IMG/VR virus record: IMGVR_UViG_3300004265_000001
Location: 1 to 58,497 of that record
Length of the DNA stretch: 58,497 nucleotides
DNA from: a virus
Lineage: Duplodnaviria; Caudoviricetes
Strand: one strand, 5' to 3'
The position numbers and the translations under genes are program-made. This document shows positions 57,101 through 58,497 of the stretch, in pieces. Below the pieces are notes generated by a model that made no database searches, was not told where the DNA came from, and saw only the letters and a program-made list of their open reading frames with translations. Position 1 is the first letter of the stretch. Every line of letters starts with the position of its first letter.

Positions 57101-57419
57101 TACCACTTACAAGTGCATCACGAATAACAGGAACGTAATCAGCCAATGAAAGTAACATGCCTGGTGCCGATGTAGCCGCCGCCCGTCGCATTTCAGGTGT
57201 TTGGATTATTTCCGATGTTGACTCAGCCCATCCAGTAACACCACTAGCTGCAGCTTTAGCAACATCAGAAATGCCAACTCCTTCATTAGCAGGCGCTTTA
57301 ACCTCTTGCATTGCTAGCTCAGGCTTTTCTCTTTCTTGTTGCTGCTCTTGGGTCAACGCTGGACTTTCACCGGCTTTAACCTTAGCCATTTGATTTTGCC
57401 AAAAACCTTTCTCGGCCAT
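45198..57419 (-). CDS. Giant polyvalent ejection protein (DarB-like): ParB/Srx-like, N6-MTase, strawberry-notch SF2 helicase and metallopeptidase-like domains
   Basis: 4073 aa with LKPTQ...ILISSDNYVLDGHH (about 54440), EPTAGNG and NPPF (52950-52764), GDQTGVGKGRQ and DESH (51683-51291), QMLGRTNRTGQ (about 50110) and LRHEILTHHGL (about 48235). Last gene of the virion operon. Confidence 0.85.
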   Translation of the reverse strand: MAEKGFWQNQMAKVKAGESPALTQEQQQEREKPELAMQEVKAPANEGVGISDVAKAAASGVTGWAESTSEIIQTPEMRRAAATSAPGMLLSLADYVPVIRDALVSGKRQTQEQFRETQEGIRSSMSVTARKQLEGELINDNLEFTDNATKLSTWILKGTETIARMVPDLIAGGLGGKALYKGAYDIALANGIAKGLTPEGAKIAANKIANAAMMAPTAVASTVSAQGGSGVQVREVIENLPWRDLSQSESFKEAFLNIDEDPNNDGMTSKQKLNLARTITAEKASKDIMQDPALMTVNALASFIGDATLGRIVAGKLSGGIAKKALSGVAAEAPTEAAQGAMEQYAQNLTLIDIAGQDIDPMKGVAKNAVESGVMGAAIGGGLGAGGGVVDKVTGRPSQPVDELVDLEPEQEAPPIIPEEVAKVDRSNMTVPERRAALEASLDLQRANMDKKRVESGAGDIQERLSRPFSPTPQELVIGAKRESGPTPGELEYREQADLEYLQNAKEAKIPAAMKGKPNASKMMNNGYRKALSDFGGLSGRIAKVTEPSGQTDTMSEALAKMGGLSRSAAQSEGFDPAMFKGSKTFSAKGKMSFDDAAESLHELGFTNREGKQLDSNDVVEMLYGEANNEESHYSSLADAEMLTGDAQMVKSWAKQLGGTDKLNIAVNKALNNEPLGKRQAEVVEDMLDTINVMRTEGAEQAKEKLESNRTLRAEKRVNDFNTLMKDATGSDAHLADSQSYSDMLNEMPDHYNEEQVILDELVSTAGDTDFEATTSIIEQYEAGKVSLPSLLAKLSDISEQRVTTYAEAKPAIQKANQPTTQQLEGITSERVSPSETTQGTTAGAKPVTEESLPKTESNLLKTEETVPVVENTLPKAEETLPEVIPAVKQSGIASDIAGAKIDKEWTAFAKKTKTLNIPRSEMPQIKAEHRGALVNFMKGKGVTHETKTVSADTLKPTQAEFSQAKVKKAMGYEGGDRSILISSDNYVLDGHHQWLAKREAGEEIKVIQLDSPIADLIPLAKEFPSSEVQAGSSDIQPKKRKTFGWDRVELSKNYTGEELNQWITDLTNDPDNRNKSGGVNMYDKATTKKIDDLSWAVTYLIQQGKESNKTTQVEDEAVSKAKIEELRKKPKKPLSEVIESVSDGSLTDKDRVPNKGNKDLDIIDKIKDVITSRLQTNKDAGIKKPSLKGVRADYIKAGLSNKVINDVLSRTDGYTDISALESDVKSSASQDKPKPVKAVEAKDLDDLDIDLGTAFGRDRTWGQLTDNERSASRIRQAMSSTGPRNQYENVDDYIKDIVASVEHGYHGSNYGKGRNVVSDLQLKVGREVFKISGITEANVLKLNPAPNVSETLEVNESSENERVLNLVQKEVSSGFEAKNNNDLKIIGAKAFGLSKPSDVTASQLKIIQEAFETVSVVARRKRIGAVLSLGNGSLKAIKSAYDIAVNDYKSQPNLDVRTAKSSDLQAYSTPTPMALLANLGAGIDSLSTVYEPTAGNGLLLITANPKLTMANELDPVRASSLAWTGYNVTVNDATANNIGTKVDAVIANPPFGPMPKNDNGERPVVTFNDYSGKLVTLKEIDHVIAHNALEAMKDDGRATLIIGANMKEPGVFKGNQKAFLNWLYSNYSVKLHVEVDGSLYTGQGAGFPTQMIVIGGRVRTGTGMFAPIKGVVNRVKSWSELYEKFSDASLLSSDSNKFNGRAKSNGTVSDNKGGNTDLRSSDSKPRVEPRNDDIGSKRDREAGLIKSDGIGRTRPEPIGKPTDGSIASQPDIKSTGLVEQKGVRGSKPDSKANVESANADELPLASNKNLKGNTAPVKVDTKVDKANEFQAHYKTASGGFNDKVLTPSNMASSIQSALIDIGVRHGSVDNYVTDKLGYSDKEEMYSAFMALQADAVALAIDNIEKGRAIIIGDQTGVGKGRQAAGIIRYAMQQGKIPVFISQKPNLFTDMHDDLADIGVKNFTPLIMNNDKGFVSKGGEKLFNHTDAKRKALLSKVTPDGLPEGYDGLFLTYSQISSDKSGLKSGLLGKIAENAILIMDESHSAAGQSKSGEIFQDLVLRSHGVTYLSATYAKRPDNMMLYMRTDLGLATDSKQALLDAISSGGLGMQTYIAGKLSEAGQMVRRERSFDGINIKNRVIEDKGGKTAQSFDKATTVLRTIQDMSAMWAQYVETSLKDYIQQKHGLDTSVGGNKADSNINVTSFSSVVHNNISQLSLGLKAKEAGLAAIEAIKQGKRPVIALDNTLGSALQSYMNNNALSIGGNASNMSYGTVLKNALDGVLAYSVKEPGEKKGIKVRMPINKVNDPIIQQLYSRALQEIKAMGSESIPGSPIDAIRHEITSAGYKVAEVTGRNIMIDYADNNKIIPRPANEMDRRAVIDRFNDGSLDVLILNQAGSTGLSLHSSEKFSEQSPRHMIVAQPSLDINVYMQMLGRTNRTGQVSLPSYENLWLDLPSEKRPAAVLSKKMSSLNANTSGNTESATSVDSVDLLNAYGDKVVKEFVDSNLDYLGQFSPKLTSVPDVDTAVYFLGKLAVLPVKVQTEVLEVIEGEYRDLITYLDSTGQNELNMTELDLDAAPVSQKIISEGKKGGGVFSDPVRLTKVDAKAIGRSPTWAQASDVKAESSQSVFNDAIDQASRDTEFRTKLQNRVNELKDRRKLLLSEGKDASSYEQSIIDAEARVYDFDSNVSEVTNLFGAGGMYSHGSFLNIVMAEGEPVTAAVVVGLDYKHVSGNPYSASKWKMKLMVADRVGKLDVSLSLAKKGTVQGKRWDNESTMKARFEAEANRPARESRYVITGNLVEGQALSRVKGQIKPITLADGRIIQAMVLPRSFDPADDVSQKLSISHSQASNWLANTDKENAMMGIANHDNSVVVRRHWRNEGTFVASMPKSVSKGKLYWGNPAIEAVIGEQAVKGGGTLDVAMTESEMKRFVKAMDGITPLAIKNQAQISNYNRLAGKKQNDFKEKGIVFNKSNIANPKSKGMRAKDVDLIAKTFLKNYKGAAGIKVTVFQTQAEVSSYLDIENDPNAVIAGAYNPRKNEVVFTAENLENSKSVIENLRHEILTHHGLMRVVGQEEWQTVINLVNQSRGSKSLSDVWAEIDKNYEGFSDNQKAEEIIAKISEKDPGITGEWRDRIVAAIVRALRKVGLIGSNISKAEIRDMIRVIGERFRTIGRNQSRMDNDIKFNRSPANDDWNAENKILREQDKSIWQQGKNILKRNLTPEGLLPKGVFKEQVIRDNEFEAVEFTAKHLVSEFDKAVQTAYKSSFDYLPQGVKNKLSAALSGKVDASIPNNVKASIVAMRQSIDALSHEYISNLLDKMARTMEVDGRVSEKDEALLARISENIGSYVNRSYKAFDDPNWFKKVPTETVNAARDYFVDRYVESGETNAEARRLSDVVVNEILKTGTAYDSMESFVAEGKLGAKDLSILMRKKVIDPEIRALLGEYDDPRINYVKSATKMGRLVWNERFLDRVLSIGMGTFLFEGKNRPANATKQIAGEQSETYSPLNGLWTFPEVEQSFKDALGREQMSDLMRTIVRINGAVKYGKTVLSPTTAARNFQSAMFFAFANGHFDLSKVKQAMASVRTQVLGTATQSDIDYFVKLKRIGVVYDTPYAKEMARLLKDSDIEDVLSSKFGEGGLKSFKKMNDFAQSFYAFGDDFWKIIGFENEKDSLIKAGMNLEGAELEAAKRIRNTYPTYSMTGKAIKSLSRFPLAGTFVSFPAEIVRTSINMVKLVASDIKSANPKMRALGYKRMAGLAFVSSAFFALNAATKAMLGVTDDEEEAVRDLSAPWQKNSTFAYVGRDEKGNLQYFDMSFLDPYGYFKRPFTAMMRNQPWEDSAVSALSDLISPFLGADIVAQSIFEVMANKKGSGGMVYNDNAAPDEQLADIAVHLGKTVAPGFIGNAVRIHKALDGQVSSSGKPYKMEEEMLSLVGWRMSTMDPKTSLHYKTFEFSDMIKNANRTIMKEIQNVNEISDDDLTSAFNSAQRQHKEAFAKMIRLVSSAKNSGMKQADILETLRRSGVSELNAKMLILGRTPPFQLSKTSAENAIKKAKASLGTEQANRVKERAITIFKK

Positions 57420-57480
57420 GATGATTACCTATTTAGTTTAATGAACGTTAATAATACAGCTAGGAGGGGGATATTAAAAT

Positions 57481-57505
57481 AAAAGCCTCTATTATTGAGG
57501 CTTTT
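57481..57505. terminator. Terminator-like hairpin before the giant gene
   Basis: aaaaGCCTC-tattatt-GAGGCtttt. Confidence 0.65.
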
Positions 57506-57517
57506 GTTTTAGTTTGA

Positions 57518-58497
57518 TTACTTGCTTAGCATATCAGCTAAGTCATTAGCTTCTTGCTCGTTGGACCAATCCATATATATCTTATCAAGTTCACTTGGGC
57601 TAAACGCATCGAATGGGCTTTCTCCACTTTCGGAAGCATATTCTTCACCGCTTTTAATAAATGCTTTTTTCTTTGGGTCATCAGAGGCCCAAGTTTCAAC
57701 ATTAATTGTTTTCTGCCCACCGCCTCTAGGAGCAATAACAGAGCTCGATCCATTACCGGTTTCTTTTGGCTGCATTACTCCATAACGTTTACTAACTCCT
57801 GATCGCAAATCTTTATACTGACCTGAAATGTTGGCTACTGTCTCTGCCTTTTGTACAGGGTCCATAAATGAATCGGCATTAATCTTAGCAAGCTCTTTGG
57901 CTTCATCACGATCAATACGACCTAGTTCGCTAAGATATTGACGCTTAGTAACTTCAGCACTTGAGTTAGGTTTAGCAGGAGTGCCACTGTAACGCATTAC
58001 GGCGTTTTGTAAGTCTGATTGATTATAGGCACTGGCCATACGAACATAGCCCTCAATATTATCCATGAACTTAGCTACCGGTATAATTTTTACAGGATCT
58101 TCAGGATCTCGGCTTCGACCTTCTGTAATTGGCGCTAGGTAACTTGTACCATCATCAAGTGTAACCTTAACATCAACAACCAACCCTTGATCCTCATAAG
58201 GTATGATTGTTGATATTTCCTTATCAACAATAGTCTTACCAGAGATAGGATCTTTCTCACCAACTCCACGCTTAATATCAGGGGCCATTAATACGCCTAA
58301 AGACTGAATGAACTCAGGCTTATTAACATCAGCAAGGCCAATACTATTAGGTCCGTCTTTATTGGCCTTTTGTACTAAATCGCCTACATGATCATAAGCG
58401 GTTTTAGCTGCCTTACTATATTCAGGCTTAGCCATATACACAGGATCAAATCGAGTGCCTTTGGCTTGTTCCATAAACTCAGGCGAAAAATCACCAC
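57518..58497 (-). CDS. C-terminal part of the origin-spanning ejection protein (continues from 1..457)
   Basis: The ORF is open to the window end and joins in frame via the 60-bp overlap. Contains a YLAPITEGRSRDPEDPV motif. Confidence 0.8.
   Translation of the reverse strand, partial: GDFSPEFMEQAKGTRFDPVYMAKPEYSKAAKTAYDHVGDLVQKANKDGPNSIGLADVNKPEFIQSLGVLMAPDIKRGVGEKDPISGKTIVDKEISTIIPYEDQGLVVDVKVTLDDGTSYLAPITEGRSRDPEDPVKIIPVAKFMDNIEGYVRMASAYNQSDLQNAVMRYSGTPAKPNSSAEVTKRQYLSELGRIDRDEAKELAKINADSFMDPVQKAETVANISGQYKDLRSGVSKRYGVMQPKETGNGSSSVIAPRGGGQKTINVETWASDDPKKKAFIKSGEEYASESGESPFDAFSPSELDKIYMDWSNEQEANDLADMLSK
58438..58497. repeat. Terminal direct repeat, copy 2
   Basis: Identical to 1-60. Confidence 0.95.

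Noticed and set aside
45400-57393. Short ORFs nested in the giant gene on either strand
   Set aside because: They are shadow or alternative-frame ORFs without independent support.
58438-58497. 60-bp terminal repeat as a biological terminus or att site
   Set aside because: It falls in the middle of a coding sequence that reads through the junction, so it is best explained as an assembler overlap of a circular contig.

Overview
The window is an apparently complete, circularly permuted dsDNA phage genome. Bases 1-60 are identical to 58438-58497, giving a unit length of 58,437 bp, and one virion gene runs across the junction. The head and packaging module resembles 933W/Stx-type podoviruses: TerS, TerL, portal, scaffold, an N4-gp56/DUF4043-type major capsid protein, adaptors, tail fibres and small ejection proteins. 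It ends in a 4073-aa polyvalent ejection protein carrying ParB-like, adenine-MTase, strawberry-notch helicase and metallopeptidase-like domains. The early region is lambdoid. The left arm has a Rad52/Sak annealase, a DEDD exonuclease, YfdP/YfdQ and a C5-MTase. The right arm has a Cro-like HTH, a replication initiator, a DnaC-like loader, an MTase-PAPS-reductase fusion, NinB and NinG. I could not find an integrase, CI repressor or Q. The AT-rich composition and gene content suggest a marine gammaproteobacterial host (inference). The most notable observations are: (1) three HNH-type nuclease genes, one of them deleted, each with its own sigma70-like promoter and a c4-antisense-like structured leader whose loop is complementary to sites in its own leader; (2) a probable two-domain anti-defence sponge protein (Gp49/Acb4-like plus crAss001_48-like); (3) the MTase-PAPS-reductase fusion; (4) an adhesin-like repeat inserted in the tail nozzle protein; and (5) a CCC-motif gene cassette of unknown function. 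All family assignments come from motif recognition by eye. No database searches were run.
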